Of a DNA stretch of 44,865 nt, positions 23,250-34,011 are shown piece after piece; the stretch's first letter is position 1; every line of letters starts with the position of its first letter. The stretch lies in the NCBI GenBank assembly GCA_031404095.1, contig JANNGY010000289.1, positions 1 to 44,865 on the forward strand, given 5' to 3'. Below the pieces are notes generated by a model, which did no database searches, was not told where the DNA came from, and was given only the letters and a program-made list of their open reading frames with translations. The stretch is from Betaproteobacteria bacterium (GTDB taxonomy: Bacteria > Pseudomonadota > Gammaproteobacteria > Burkholderiales > Usitatibacteraceae). The position numbers and the translations under genes were made by a program.

Positions 23250-23287
23250 CCAAAAGGAAAGACCCTGCAGAAAGGGGCAGGGTCTTT
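23250..23287 (-). terminator. Rho-independent terminator of rne
   Basis: An 11-bp stem AAAGACCCTGC/GCAGGGTCTTT (23258-23268 and 23277-23287) is followed on the minus strand by CCTTTTGG. It lies 19 nt after the rne stop. Confidence 0.6.
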
Positions 23288-23305
23288 CGGTTGATCACGC
23301 GGGAA

Positions 23306-26116
23306 TTACAGTGTGGTCTGGTCGGGATTGCTCCCCCGCTGCGTTTCGACAAACACCAGCGGCTCGCTAGCGGTGTCCCGGGGCTTTCGAACGCGCGGCG
23401 TGCGCTGCCGCATGGGTTCGTCGTCCAAATTGACCGAAACGTTTTGCACTTTTTCGGCAGCGGTCTCGATAAATACCAATGGCGCAGCGTTCCTGTTGCT
23501 GTCGTCCTGAAGGTGGCGGCGACGAGGCTGACGCGGAGATTGCGGCACTTCGTCGGCAATTTGATCAACGGCAGCCGGAATTGCCGGTGCATATACTGTT
23601 GCCGCAATGGCAGGGGCCGTGATCGCTGCGGGCGCAAGCGAGACCGCCTCAACGGCAACTGCCGGTTGGGGTTCGGAATTCGCTCTTGCAGGCGCGGCAT
23701 CTGGCATGCCAACCGAATTGGAGTAGGCCGCGACCGTTGCCTCGACGGCGCGGGTCTCCGCTACCTGCGTCGAAATCGCCGACGAAACAGCGGCTGGGGC
23801 ATGGTCGTTGACCGGCAGAGACGCTGGCGAAGCAACACCGGCATCGCCAACTTCAACCGCTGCGCCGGCAACCGCTGACTGCTGATCTAGGGGCATAGCG
23901 TTTTGCTGTCCAGTACCGCTGCGGTCTTCCCGGCCTTCGCGTCCACCGCGTCCACCGCGTCCTCTGCGGCGGCGTCCACGTCCCTCGCCTTCTTCACCAC
24001 CCTCGACCGGACGGGCTTCCAGGGCCGGCTTCGTTGGCTGCTGCGGGCGCATTTTCTGGGGCGCCGCTTCCGGTCCGCGCGGCTCTTTTGCCTCGCCTGG
24101 CGGCTCGCTACGGCTCTCATTGCGCTGATCCCGGCGCGGTTCATTGGGTTTACGTCCGTCACCCCGGGGCGGGCGCTCATTGCGATCGCCACGGTCCGGT
24201 CCTGCCTGCGTGCGGTCCTTGCGCTCGCCTCGGTCTCCACGCTTGCGTTCGCCGTCTCGGGCTTCATTCCCACCGCCACCACCACGGCCGCCGCGGCCGC
24301 CCCGTTCACCGCGATCATTGCGTCCCTCGCGCGTTTCTCGCTTGGCGGGGCGCGCCTCAGCGATAGGCTGGGGCGCCGGCGCCGGACCGGCGCCGAAGAG
24401 ATTCATGAATTGCTTCCACAGGGAAGGCGCGGCGACAGGTGCTGCAGTTTGGGTCACGGACGTTGCACGATTGCGCTCGGGCAAGGGGTCCGCGGTCATT
24501 GGCGCCGGTTGCGCCGGCGTAATTCCCTTGACCAGGGGCTCAGGCCGGCTTGGCTTGGCTTCCACTTCGGCCGCGTTCGCTATCGCTTCCTCAACCGGCC
24601 GGTTCACCATTTCATAGCTTGGCGTCGCCAAGTCCAGTTTTTCCGAATCGCTGCGCAGTCGCTCGATCTCGTAGTTCGGAGTCTCAAGGTGAATATTGGG
24701 AATCAGCAGCACATTCACTTTGAAACGCACTTCGATCTTGTGAATGTCCTGGCGCTTTTCATTGAGGAGGAAGGTGGCGACATCAACCGGTACCTGGGCG
24801 TGAACCGCGCCGGTGCCTTCTTTCATGGCCTCTTCCTGGATGATGCGCAGGATATGCAGTGCCGACGATGCAGTGTCACGAATATGTCCCAGGCCATGAC
24901 AGCGCGGGCAAGGAATATAGGACGATTCGGACAGTGCCGGCTGCAGGCGCTGGCGCGAGAGTTCCAGCAAACCGAAGCGCGAAATCTTGCCGGTTTGCAC
25001 CCGGGCGCGGTCGTGATGGAGCGCGTCACGCAAGCGGTTTTCGACTTCGCGCTGGTTCTTGGTCGATTCCATGTCGATGAAGTCGATCACCACCAGTCCG
25101 CCAAGGTCGCGCAGGCGAAGTTGGCGGGCGATTTCGTCGGCTGCCTCGCAATTGGTGCGAAACGCCGTCTCTTCGATATCGTGGCCCTTGGTGGCGCGGG
25201 CTGAATTGACGTCGATCGACACCAGCGCTTCGGTGTGGTCGATGATGATGGCGCCACCCGACGGCAGGGTGACATCGCGGCGATATGCCGTTTCAATCTG
25301 GTGCTCGATCTGGAAGCGCGAGAATAGAGGAACATCGTCGTGATACAGCTTTACCTTGCTGACGTTTGCCGGCATCACGGTCGACATGAACGATTGCGCC
25401 TGTTCGAAAATCTCCGGAGTGTCGATGAGGATTTCACCGATGTCCGGCTGGAAGAGGTCGCGAATGGCTCGCACCACCAGGCTGGATTCAAGATAGATCA
25501 ACTCGGGTCCCTTGACCTCTTTTGCGGCGCCCTCGATGGCCTCCCACAGCTGGATCAGGTAGTTCATGTCCCACTTGAGCTCTTCCGCGGTACGGCCGAT
25601 GCCGGCGGTGCGGGCAATGACGCTCATGCCTTCAGGAATGTCGAGCTGGTCGAGCGTTTCACGAAGTTCGGTGCGATCTTCGCCTTCGACCCGGCGCGAC
25701 ACGCCACCGCCCCGCGGATTGTTTGGCATCAGTACGAGATAGCGTCCGGCAAGCGAAACATAGGTGGTGAGCGCCGCGCCCTTGTTGCCGCGCTCATCCT
25801 TCTCTACCTGCACCAGAATTTCATTGCCGACCCTGAGATTTTGCGCAATCTTGGCGCGCGTGCCTTCGCCGCTTTCGCCCTGCACGTATTCCCGGGTCAG
25901 TTCCTTGAAAGGCAGGAAACCATGCCGCTCGGCGCCGTAATCGACAAAAATTGCTTCCAGTGACGGCTCGACGCGGGTAACGACCGCTTTGTAGATGTTG
26001 CTTTTCTTCTGCTCCTGGCCGGCGTGCTCGATGTCGAGATCAATGAGTTTCTGCCCATCGACAATGGCAACCCGCAGCTCTTCGGCCTGGGTTGCGTTGA
26101 ATAGCATGCGTTTCAT
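23306..26116 (-). CDS. rne: Ribonuclease E
   Basis: 936 aa. The N-terminus [46 protein letters not shown] is an S1 domain, followed by the catalytic core and the zinc-link CPRCHG. The C-terminal half is long, Arg/Gly/Glu-rich and low in complexity. Confidence 0.97.
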   Translation of the reverse strand: MKRMLFNATQAEELRVAIVDGQKLIDLDIEHAGQEQKKSNIYKAVVTRVEPSLEAIFVDYGAERHGFLPFKELTREYVQGESGEGTRAKIAQNLRVGNEILVQVEKDERGNKGAALTTYVSLAGRYLVLMPNNPRGGGVSRRVEGEDRTELRETLDQLDIPEGMSVIARTAGIGRTAEELKWDMNYLIQLWEAIEGAAKEVKGPELIYLESSLVVRAIRDLFQPDIGEILIDTPEIFEQAQSFMSTVMPANVSKVKLYHDDVPLFSRFQIEHQIETAYRRDVTLPSGGAIIIDHTEALVSIDVNSARATKGHDIEETAFRTNCEAADEIARQLRLRDLGGLVVIDFIDMESTKNQREVENRLRDALHHDRARVQTGKISRFGLLELSRQRLQPALSESSYIPCPRCHGLGHIRDTASSALHILRIIQEEAMKEGTGAVHAQVPVDVATFLLNEKRQDIHKIEVRFKVNVLLIPNIHLETPNYEIERLRSDSEKLDLATPSYEMVNRPVEEAIANAAEVEAKPSRPEPLVKGITPAQPAPMTADPLPERNRATSVTQTAAPVAAPSLWKQFMNLFGAGPAPAPQPIAEARPAKRETREGRNDRGERGGRGGRGGGGGNEARDGERKRGDRGERKDRTQAGPDRGDRNERPPRGDGRKPNEPRRDQRNESRSEPPGEAKEPRGPEAAPQKMRPQQPTKPALEARPVEGGEEGEGRGRRRRGRGGRGGREGREDRSGTGQQNAMPLDQQSAVAGAAVEVGDAGVASPASLPVNDHAPAAVSSAISTQVAETRAVEATVAAYSNSVGMPDAAPARANSEPQPAVAVEAVSLAPAAITAPAIAATVYAPAIPAAVDQIADEVPQSPRQPRRRHLQDDSNRNAAPLVFIETAAEKVQNVSVNLDDEPMRQRTPRVRKPRDTASEPLVFVETQRGSNPDQTTL

Positions 26117-26500
26117 AATTCATCCTCAAATGCAAAATGCGCGCGCTTTTTCGGCGAACGGGAGGAGGAAGAGAACACTACGGGACGCGCCGCGTTACTG
26201 CAAGGGCGGCGCTCAGTCGACTGTGACGTTTACCGTCGCGCGGGTTGCATGAAACGAACTGACACGCCCGGCACGACCGGTGGATCGTGCGGAATCAAAT
26301 GATGATTTTTGTGGTGTCCGAGAGTCATGAATAGCGCGTGCGGAGTCGACTGTTATGTGTTTCGGTCTGCGGATCAAGTTTTTCTCATCCGCAAACGGCG
26401 AAGTACCCGTGGGGATTTGCATATCACTGCAAAGCCACCGAATTGTTCATCTTCACGCCACCCATGCTGCTTTCCGCTTCGCGGACGGTGCGCGTAAATC
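26117..26500 (-). promoter_or_regulatory. Long 5' leader / promoter region of rne (extent approximate)
   Basis: The 669-nt ORF-poor gap between divergent rne and rluC contains several hairpins (for example GCGGAT-N12-ATCCGC at about 26369-26392). In E. coli rne has a long autoregulatory 5' UTR, so this call is by analogy only. Confidence 0.4.
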
Positions 26501-26515
26501 GTTTAGTATCGCTAC

Positions 26516-26532
26516 TTGATTGGCCCAATCAA
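26516..26532. promoter_or_regulatory. 17-bp perfect palindrome TTGATTGGCCCAATCAA in the rne-rluC divergent region
   Basis: Arms TTGATTGG/CCAATCAA flank a single central C. The sequence is read directly. No binding factor is known. Confidence 0.35.
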
Positions 26533-26785
26533 ATTGAGACCGGCGGTGAGCAAAAACGACCGCCCGTTTTCCGTGCGCGCCGGGGCTGGGCTAACACTGG
26601 CAGTAGGTCTTGGGAAACTGCGCGGGAGAGCGAAACGTCCGACGAAAACAGTGATTCGGTTCGATGTCCCCGGTTTGCGGTCAGCGGCTATTCCAGGCTT
26701 GTGGCCTGAGGCACGGTGACTGGCAGATTCCTTGCAACCAGATGGGACTCGCTTCTAAATCAACGAGCTATGAGTATAACCTAAC

Positions 26786-27832
26786 ATGCCACGTCGCGGA
26801 AAAGATTCTCCGATCGGGAAAGGCGGCGCCGTAGAGGCCATGGCCTTGGCCGCCAGTTTTGTCACCGTCGACGAAAATTCAGCCGGCCAGCGTCTGGACA
26901 ATTTTCTCTCCTCCTATCTGAAAGGGGTACCAAAAAGTCACGTTTATCGAATCGTGCGATCCGGCGAAGTCAGGGTGAACAAAGGGCGCGTCGATGCGGC
27001 CTACCGGTTGGTGCCGGCTGACGTTGTGCGGATTCCGCCGGTGAGATTGGCGGCGAAAGCACCGAACCCGAGCATTGATGCGGCTTCGCGGGCATTTTCG
27101 GCTGGAAAGGCAGGAAATGCCCGCGGTTTGGCACTGGATATTCTGTATGAGGATGATTCGCTGCTGGCGATCAATAAGCCGGCGGGGATGGCGGTACACG
27201 GTGGCAGCGGTATCAGCTTTGGTGTCATTGAGGGCTTGCGGGCAATCAGGCCGGAGGCCAAGTTCCTGGAACTCGTTCATCGTATCGACCGCGAAACATC
27301 GGGTGTCTTGCTCATCGCGAAGAAACGCAGCGCGCTCACTGCCATGCACGCCATGTTGCGTGGAGACACCGCGCACCGCATTGACAAGCATTACCACGCG
27401 TTGGTGAAAGGCGAATGGCCGGATGTCCGTCGCCATATACGCACCAGGCTCGCCGCGTATGTGACTGACGCGGGCGAGAGGCGCGTCCTGGCAGACGAGG
27501 ATGAAGGCAAGGAATCACATACCATCGTCACACGGGTGGAGAAACTGGCAGGCGCGACTTTGCTCGACTGCGAAATCAGGACCGGCCGCACCCACCAGAT
27601 TCGCGTGCATCTGGGGTCTGCCGGCTTTCCGATTATCGGCGACGACAAGTATGGAGATTTTGCACACAACAAACATGTTGCTGCGGTCAGACACGGTGGC
27701 CTGAAGCGCATGTTCCTGCATGCAAGGCTGATGTCCTTTCCCCATCCGCTTACCAGCGAAAGCATGGCCATCGAGGCACCGTTGTCTCCCGACCTTGAGA
27801 AATACCTCGACTACCTTCGGAAAAGCGGATGA
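26786..27832 (+). CDS. rluC: 23S rRNA pseudouridine synthase RluC
   Basis: 348 aa with an S4 domain (GQRLDNFLSSYLKGVPKSHVYRIVRSGEVRVNKGR) and the catalytic motif HRIDRETSGVLLIAKK. GRTHQIRVH is also present. It is divergent from rne as in E. coli. The start is uncertain (26786 or ATG 26840). Confidence 0.9.
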   Translation: MPRRGKDSPIGKGGAVEAMALAASFVTVDENSAGQRLDNFLSSYLKGVPKSHVYRIVRSGEVRVNKGRVDAAYRLVPADVVRIPPVRLAAKAPNPSIDAASRAFSAGKAGNARGLALDILYEDDSLLAINKPAGMAVHGGSGISFGVIEGLRAIRPEAKFLELVHRIDRETSGVLLIAKKRSALTAMHAMLRGDTAHRIDKHYHALVKGEWPDVRRHIRTRLAAYVTDAGERRVLADEDEGKESHTIVTRVEKLAGATLLDCEIRTGRTHQIRVHLGSAGFPIIGDDKYGDFAHNKHVAAVRHGGLKRMFLHARLMSFPHPLTSESMAIEAPLSPDLEKYLDYLRKSG

Positions 27833-28503
27833 CGGTCATCGGCGAAAGCGCTCGACGCTATGACCTGATTGTCTTCGACTGGGACGGTACGATCATGGAT
27901 TCAACCGGACTGATCGCCGATTGCATTCAACAGGCTGCCCGGGACATGAACCTTTCCATTCCCTCGTGCGAACAGGCGAAATCGATTATCGGCCTGGGCA
28001 TCAACGACTCGACAGGGAGATTATTCCCGCAACTGGATGCATCGGCACAGTTGCAATTTGCATTGGCTTATCGAAAACATTTTGTCGCGCGCGATCATGA
28101 GGCGCCGCTATATGGTGGCATCCGCGAATTACTGGCTAGTCTGGCTGCACCAGAACGCTTCCTCGCCGTCGCCACCGGTAAGCCGCGCGCCGGGCTGGAG
28201 AGGGCGTTTGGCCACTGCGGATTGAAGTCGTATTTTCACTTTTCGCGCTGCGCGGACGAAGGCTTCCCGAAGCCGCACCCGGACATGCTGCTGAAACTGA
28301 TGGAGCTCACGGCCGCCGGGCCTGATCGCACTCTGATGATCGGCGATACCACGCACGATCTCGAACTTGCCCGGAATGCAGGCGTGGATGCACTCGCCGT
28401 TACCTATGGCGCCCATGGGCGGGACGCGCTGGCGACGATGCCGGCATTGGCGGTGCTGGACAGCGTTGGAGAACTATCGGCATGGATTCGGGCAAACGCG
28501 TAG
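27829..28503 (+). CDS. HAD-superfamily hydrolase (phosphoglycolate-phosphatase-like)
   Basis: 224 aa. The ATG overlaps the rluC stop (ATGA). Motifs are LIVFDWDGTIMDS, ATGK and MIGDTTHD. Confidence 0.8.
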   Translation: MTVIGESARRYDLIVFDWDGTIMDSTGLIADCIQQAARDMNLSIPSCEQAKSIIGLGINDSTGRLFPQLDASAQLQFALAYRKHFVARDHEAPLYGGIRELLASLAAPERFLAVATGKPRAGLERAFGHCGLKSYFHFSRCADEGFPKPHPDMLLKLMELTAAGPDRTLMIGDTTHDLELARNAGVDALAVTYGAHGRDALATMPALAVLDSVGELSAWIRANA

Positions 28504-28868
28504 TTGAAATCCGCCGCGTGTGTCGTCGCGAACAACTTGCCGAAGGCGGCAAGGCGCTGCGCTTCGGGATTGGCCGCCATGGAAACGACTTGCCGGCCTT
28601 TGCGATTTGCTATGACGGCGGCGTACACGCTTACGTCAATGTTTGCCCTCATCGAGGCACTTCGCTCGACTGGCAACCGGGGGAGGTGTTCGATGAATCT
28701 GGCTTATACTTGATTTGCGCAACTCATGGTGCCCTCTTTGAGCCGGATACCGGGATTTGTATTGCAGGCCCGTGTCAAGGCGCACGCCTGCAAAGGATTG
28801 CCGTGCGCCTTGAGGCCGACCATGTCGTGCTTGAACACGACATCCTGAGTAATTTCACCGACACCTGA
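28482..28868 (+). CDS. Rieske (2Fe-2S) domain protein
   Basis: 128 aa with the CPHRG...CATHGALF Rieske ligand pattern. It overlaps the end of the HAD gene by 22 nt. Confidence 0.8.
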   Translation: MDSGKRVVEIRRVCRREQLAEGGKALRFGIGRHGNDLPAFAICYDGGVHAYVNVCPHRGTSLDWQPGEVFDESGLYLICATHGALFEPDTGICIAGPCQGARLQRIAVRLEADHVVLEHDILSNFTDT

Positions 28869-28877
28869 TTTGAGCAA

Positions 28878-29843
28878 ATGGATCCAACACAGAACGGCAA
28901 TTGGGAACGCAGCGTATTGGAGAGGCTGGCGTTTGAATCACTCGCGGAACAGCGGCGCAGCCGTCGCTGGAGAATTGTCCTGAGCCTGGGCTGGCTGTCG
29001 TTTCTGTTTTTGCTGTTGTTTACCGCGATTGGTGTGTTCGGCGGAAAACGCGAAGCCGGTTCACTGGAAAAGCATACTTCGCTCGTCGAACTCAAAGGTG
29101 TCATTTCGGCGGATTCGAAGTCGTCGGCGGACAAAATCATCGGTGCACTGCAACAGGCCTTCAAGGACAAGAATACCCAGGGCGTCGTGCTGCGGATCAA
29201 CAGCCCCGGTGGAAGTCCGGTGCAAGCCGGCTATATCAACGACGAAATCAAACGCCTGCGCGCAAAGCACAAGGACATTCCATTTTATGTCGTCGTGCAG
29301 GATATCTGTGCGTCGGGCGGCTACTATGTGGCAGCCGCCGCTGATAAGATTTTTGTCGACAAGGCCTCGATTGTCGGTTCGATCGGCGTGCTGATGGATG
29401 GGTTTGGCTTTACCGGCACGATGGAAAAACTTGGCGTCGAGCGCCGGTTGATTGCTGCCGGCCAGAACAAGGGCTTTCTTGACCCGTTTTCTCCGGCCAA
29501 TCCGGAACACCAGAAACTGGCGGGGGAGATGGTGGCCGAGATTCACCAGCAATTCATCAAGGTGGTGAAGGACGGTCGCGGCAAGCGACTGAAAGAGACG
29601 CCGGACATGTTTTCAGGTTTGGTTTGGTCTGGCGAAAAGAGCATCGAACTGGGGCTCGCCGACGGCCTTGGTAGTCTGGACTACGTGGCGCGCGAAATCA
29701 TCAAGGCAGAGGACGTGGTCGACTACACGTCGGACGATACCCTGTCGGAACAACTGGCTCGCAGGCTGGGTGCGTCGGCGGCAGAGACAATTTGGAACAA
29801 ATTGCTGTCGATGGCGCCGCCAGCCGGCGGCGCTTTGCGCTGA
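28878..29843 (+). CDS. sppA: Signal peptide peptidase SppA, 36K type (peptidase S49)
   Basis: 321 aa with an N-terminal TM segment. The segments VVLRINSPGGS, ASGGYYVAAAADKI, GSIGV and GEVWSG-like motifs are typical of S49. Confidence 0.85.
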   Translation: MDPTQNGNWERSVLERLAFESLAEQRRSRRWRIVLSLGWLSFLFLLLFTAIGVFGGKREAGSLEKHTSLVELKGVISADSKSSADKIIGALQQAFKDKNTQGVVLRINSPGGSPVQAGYINDEIKRLRAKHKDIPFYVVVQDICASGGYYVAAAADKIFVDKASIVGSIGVLMDGFGFTGTMEKLGVERRLIAAGQNKGFLDPFSPANPEHQKLAGEMVAEIHQQFIKVVKDGRGKRLKETPDMFSGLVWSGEKSIELGLADGLGSLDYVAREIIKAEDVVDYTSDDTLSEQLARRLGASAAETIWNKLLSMAPPAGGALR

Positions 29844-29946
29844 ATACTTCCGCTGGCGCGACACCGTCTACGCTGTCAAACGCCACCTGATCCACCAATA
29901 TCCCGAATACCGACTACGTGTGAATCGAAAGCGACACTCTTGAGCC

Positions 29947-32900
29947 ATGGTGCGAAACCAAAACTACGACAAGGCATCGGCAAGCGCCATCAAGGGTGAT
30001 CCAGTGTCCGCTGCGCCTGGCGCCACGGCGATCAAAACGCCCGCGACCTCCGCGTCCAGCATAAACCTGCGAATTATTGCCGGTTTCGCGATTATCACGC
30101 TGGCAGTCGCCTTGGTCATCGGCGTCATCGCGACGCGAATTGGCTCGGATGCCGGTCTGCCGGTTGAACTGGCCGATCGGATGCGCAATCAGTTGCTATG
30201 GTGGGGATTCGGCGCCGTGCTGCTGGCGGCTCTGCTGGGGGCGATATTTGCCCGCCACGTTGGCGAACCGATTCGACGATTGACCGAGCGCCTGCAACTC
30301 GAGGATTTTCGCGATTTTGCCGCCAGCACCGGAAAGCATCGCGAATTTGCCGAGCTCGAGCAACTTACCCGCACCATCAACAAGCTGGCCGGATCTGTTC
30401 GCGCGCGTGAAGTGGAACTCCTGGAAAGCGAACGCAAGTTCAGGGAAGCGTTCGATCTGGTCGGAGTTGGCCTGACCCAGGTGAATCGTGAAGGGCGCTT
30501 CACGCTCGTGAATCGGCGGTTTTGTGAAATGCTGGGCTACAGTGCGGACGAATTGGTTGGCAAGCGCTTTGTCGATGTCACGCATCCTGACGATCGGCAC
30601 GCGGATGAAAGCCTGATCCGGGACACGGTTGAAAACCGGAAGTTGGTGCCGATCGCCAAAGAAAAGCGTTACGTGCGCAAGGATGGTTCGGTGATGTGGG
30701 CAAGGCGATCCGGGGTGATTGTCCGTGATCAGGCAGGCGAGCCGGTGTATGCGTTGGGGTCGATTGAAGACATCTCGCAATCTCGGGCTTCGCAGGAAAC
30801 CCTGCAGGCCCTCAACGAGTCATTGAAGGCGGTGGTTGAAACTTCCCCGCTGGCGATCTACTCGGTTACTCCGAACGGCATTGTTACCCTCTGGAATCCG
30901 GCTGCGGAAAAAATGTTCGGTATAAGCAAGGAGGCTGCGCTCGGTAAGGGCTCGCCGCTTACCGGGCACGGCAATGTCGATCGCGCGCTGGAATTGCGGC
31001 GCCGTGTCATGGCCGGCGAGACAATTTACAACTATGAAATCACCCGTACACGCGACAACGGTGCCGAAATCACTATCAGCATCTCGGCAGCGCCTCTACG
31101 CGGCGCAACCCATGAAATTATCGGCGTACTGGTTACCTGTAGTGACATAACGGGACTCAAGGAAACGTCGCGCGCACTCGACCAGCAGTTGCATTTCACC
31201 CAGGAGCTTCTCGAAGTCATGCCGTCGCCGATATTCTATCGTCGCGCCGAAGGCGCCTACCTGGGTTTCAATCGGGCTTGGGAGATATTTTTTTCCAAGC
31301 GGCGTGAAGAATGGATTGGCAAACGGCCGCAGGATTTCTTGCCACCCGAGGCGGCTACCATGGCCGAAATAGAGGACCGAGAAGTGCTCACCACCGGCAG
31401 GACCAGTGTCGCCGAGGTGGTCATCAGGGACGGGCACGGGACGGATCGCCATGTCGTCAGGCACATCAGCCGGTTCACAGACGCCGATGGCCGGCCGGCG
31501 GGCGTCATTGGCGTCCTGACTGACATCACCGACTTCAAGCAGGTTGCGCAGGCGCTCGTGGCCTCGGAAGGGCGCTTCAAGGCATTGACCGAAAGCGCCA
31601 TGGACATTGTGACCGTGCTGGATGCGGAGGGATTCATTCGCTATCAAAGTCCATCGGTCAAACACCTGCTTGGCTATGAGCCCGCGGCGATGATCGGCCT
31701 GTGTCAATTCGATCTTGTGCATCGCGAAGATGCGGAGACAATGCGCGGGGCCTTCCAGCAACTCCTTTCGCGCGGCCAGATGGAGCGTGCCGTCGAATTT
31801 CGCGTTCTTCGCAGCGATGGCGAATGGCGCACGCTCGAGGCGATAGGCAAGAATTGCCTTGACGTCGCCGAGGTGCGCGGAATTATCGTCAATACCCGCG
31901 ACATCACCGACCGCAAGAACATCGAAGAGCGAATTCAGCACCTCGCGTACCACGACGCGCTCACCGGCTTGCCAAACCGGTCACTGATGCAGGATCGTGT
32001 GTCACAGGCGATTGGCCGGGCCGATCGCTCGACCAAGCGATTTGCTGTGATGTTCATCGACATTGACAACTTCAAGAACATCAATGACACGCTGGGACAT
32101 GATGTCGGCGACGAATTGTTGCGCCAGGTGGCGGCGAGGCTGATCGATTCGGTGCGTACCCATGACACCATCGCCCGCCAGGGCGGCGACGAATTTATCG
32201 TGCTGCTTGATCAATTGGAAGGCCATCAGGGTGCGACCCGTGTGGCACAGAAAATTCTTGATGCGCTGCGCGTGGCATTCCAGGTCGGCGGGATCGACCA
32301 GCATGTGTCGGGTTCGATCGGCATTGCCCTTTATCCGGACGACGGCCGTGACCCGCCGACATTGCTGAAGAACGCAGACACCGCAATGTTTCACGGCAAA
32401 GCGCTCGGAAAAAATACTTACCAGTTTTTCACTCCGCAAATGAACATTGCCGTCAAAAGGCGCGCGGCGATGGAATCGAATTTACGGGCGGCCGTGAAGA
32501 ATGGCGATTTCACGCTGGTGTATCAGCCGCAAATCGATCTCAACAGCGGCGAAATAGTTGCCTTTGAAGCGCTGGTGCGCTGGGTGTCCGAGGACAGCGG
32601 CACCATGATGCCCGGTGAGTTCATACCGCTCGCTGAGGAAACGGGACTTATCAACGACATCGGCGAATGGGTGCTAAGGGAGGCCTGCCGGCAGGCGGTC
32701 GTATGGAAAAAGGCGGGGTACCCGGCAAGAAGGATGGCAATCAACCTTTCCGCCCGGCAGCTATCGGACAAGGGTTTTGTCGAACTGCTGGTGGAAATAC
32801 TCAGGGAAACCGGTCTCGATGCCAATGCACTGGAGCTGGAGATAACCGAAAGCCAGGTCATGCGGCAGGGTGAGGGGCAGCGTCATGCTGCTCAATGAAA

Positions 32901-33259
32901 TTGCCGGCATGGGCGTACATCTGGCGGTGGATGATTTTGGAACCGGATATTCAAGCTTGTCGTATTTGAAGAGATTGCCGATCGGCAAATTGAAAATCGA
33001 TCAGAGTTTCGTACGCGATATCACCGTCGATCCGAATGACACGGCCATCGTGGTTGCCATCATCAGCATGGCGAAGAGCCTCGATCTCGATGTCATCGCC
33101 GAAGGCATCGAAACCGCCGGACAACTTACGCTATTACGTGCCAAGGGTTGCGGCGTCGGGCAAGGATTCTATTTCAGTGTACCGATGTCCGCGGATGACC
33201 TGGTGCCGATCCTGGCGAAGAAATCGATTTTTGAGCAGGCGGCGGAGTACGCCTCCTGA
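29947..33259 (+). pseudogene. Membrane-anchored multi-PAS GGDEF-EAL signalling protein, interrupted by a +1 frameshift inside the EAL domain
   Basis: ORF 29947-32898 (983 aa) has 2 TM segments, about four PAS/PAC units, GGDEF (RQGGDEF), and the EAL start (FEALVRW ... LELEITES). ORF 32870-33259, in the next frame, continues the same domain (DDFGTGYSSLSYLKRLP, KIDQSF, AEGIET, GQGFYF). Removing one G from GGGG at 32874-32877 joins them as ..RQGEGSVMLLNEI.. with normal EAL spacing. Confidence 0.8.
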
Positions 33260-33291
33260 TATTTCCAGGCGGGTTTGACCTCTTGTGCCAA

Positions 33292-34011
33292 TCAGGCCAG
33301 CAGCATAAATAATGCCGGAACTTTTTCAATGTTCATTGGCGCCTCGCGCCAGGCCGCCACGGGTTGCTGGGCAATGAACTGGGTCGGGCCGGTCAGGTCG
33401 CACGCAACGCATAAACGGGTCGTAGCCGACAGGGAATCGACCAGGTCCGCCAGCAAGGCATGATTGCGGTATGGCGTTTCAATGAATATCTGCGTCATAT
33501 TGCGTTGCCGCGACTCGCGTTCCAGTTCGAGGATCGCCTTGATGCGGGCGGATTTTTCCTGTGGCAGGTAGCCATGGAACGCGAACTTCTGGCCATTCAG
33601 ACCGGATGCCATGAGGCCGAGAAGGATAGAGGAGGGCCCAACCAGTGGCATGACGTCGATGTGATGCAGGTGCGCCAGTGCAACGATAGCTGCGCCGGGA
33701 TCCGCGACGCCCGGGGCGCCTGCCTCGGACACCAAACCGACATCCTTTCCCGCCAGGAGAGGCTTGAGCATATCGGCCAATTCATCGCTGCCCGTGCGCG
33801 CATTCAGCTCCCGCATGGAGATTTCCTGAAGCGGCCGCGAAATGCCAAGCGACTTCAGGAATGCACGTGCTGACTTGGCGTTTTCGACGATAAAGAAATC
33901 CAGGCCCAAGGCAGTGGCTATGACTTCATTCGGCAGGATCGCCGAAGGCAAGAAAGGCTCGGACAGGTTTGCCGGAATGAGAAACAGCGTGCCCGAAGCG
34001 CCTCTGATCAT
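33292..34011 (-). CDS. RsmI-like (tetrapyrrole-methylase fold, COG0313) SAM-dependent methyltransferase
   Basis: 239 aa. The segments LFLIP, VSEAGAPGVADPG, PLVGPSSILLGLMASGL and FHGYLP parallel E. coli RsmI motifs. This is a short paralogue. Confidence 0.75.
   Translation of the reverse strand: MIRGASGTLFLIPANLSEPFLPSAILPNEVIATALGLDFFIVENAKSARAFLKSLGISRPLQEISMRELNARTGSDELADMLKPLLAGKDVGLVSEAGAPGVADPGAAIVALAHLHHIDVMPLVGPSSILLGLMASGLNGQKFAFHGYLPQEKSARIKAILELERESRQRNMTQIFIETPYRNHALLADLVDSLSATTRLCVACDLTGPTQFIAQQPVAAWREAPMNIEKVPALFMLLA

Noticed and set aside
23903-25204. 433-aa + strand ORF, together with 24144-24617 and 25340-25963.
   Set aside because: They lie antisense to the unmistakable rne gene. 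They are Arg/Ala/Gly low-complexity products typical of the reverse frame of a GC-rich gene.
31096-31953. 285-aa minus-strand ORF inside the PAS region, and 41962-42627 antisense to tmk.
   Set aside because: The opposite strand encodes well-supported PAS/GGDEF and Tmk sequences. The antisense translations have no motifs.
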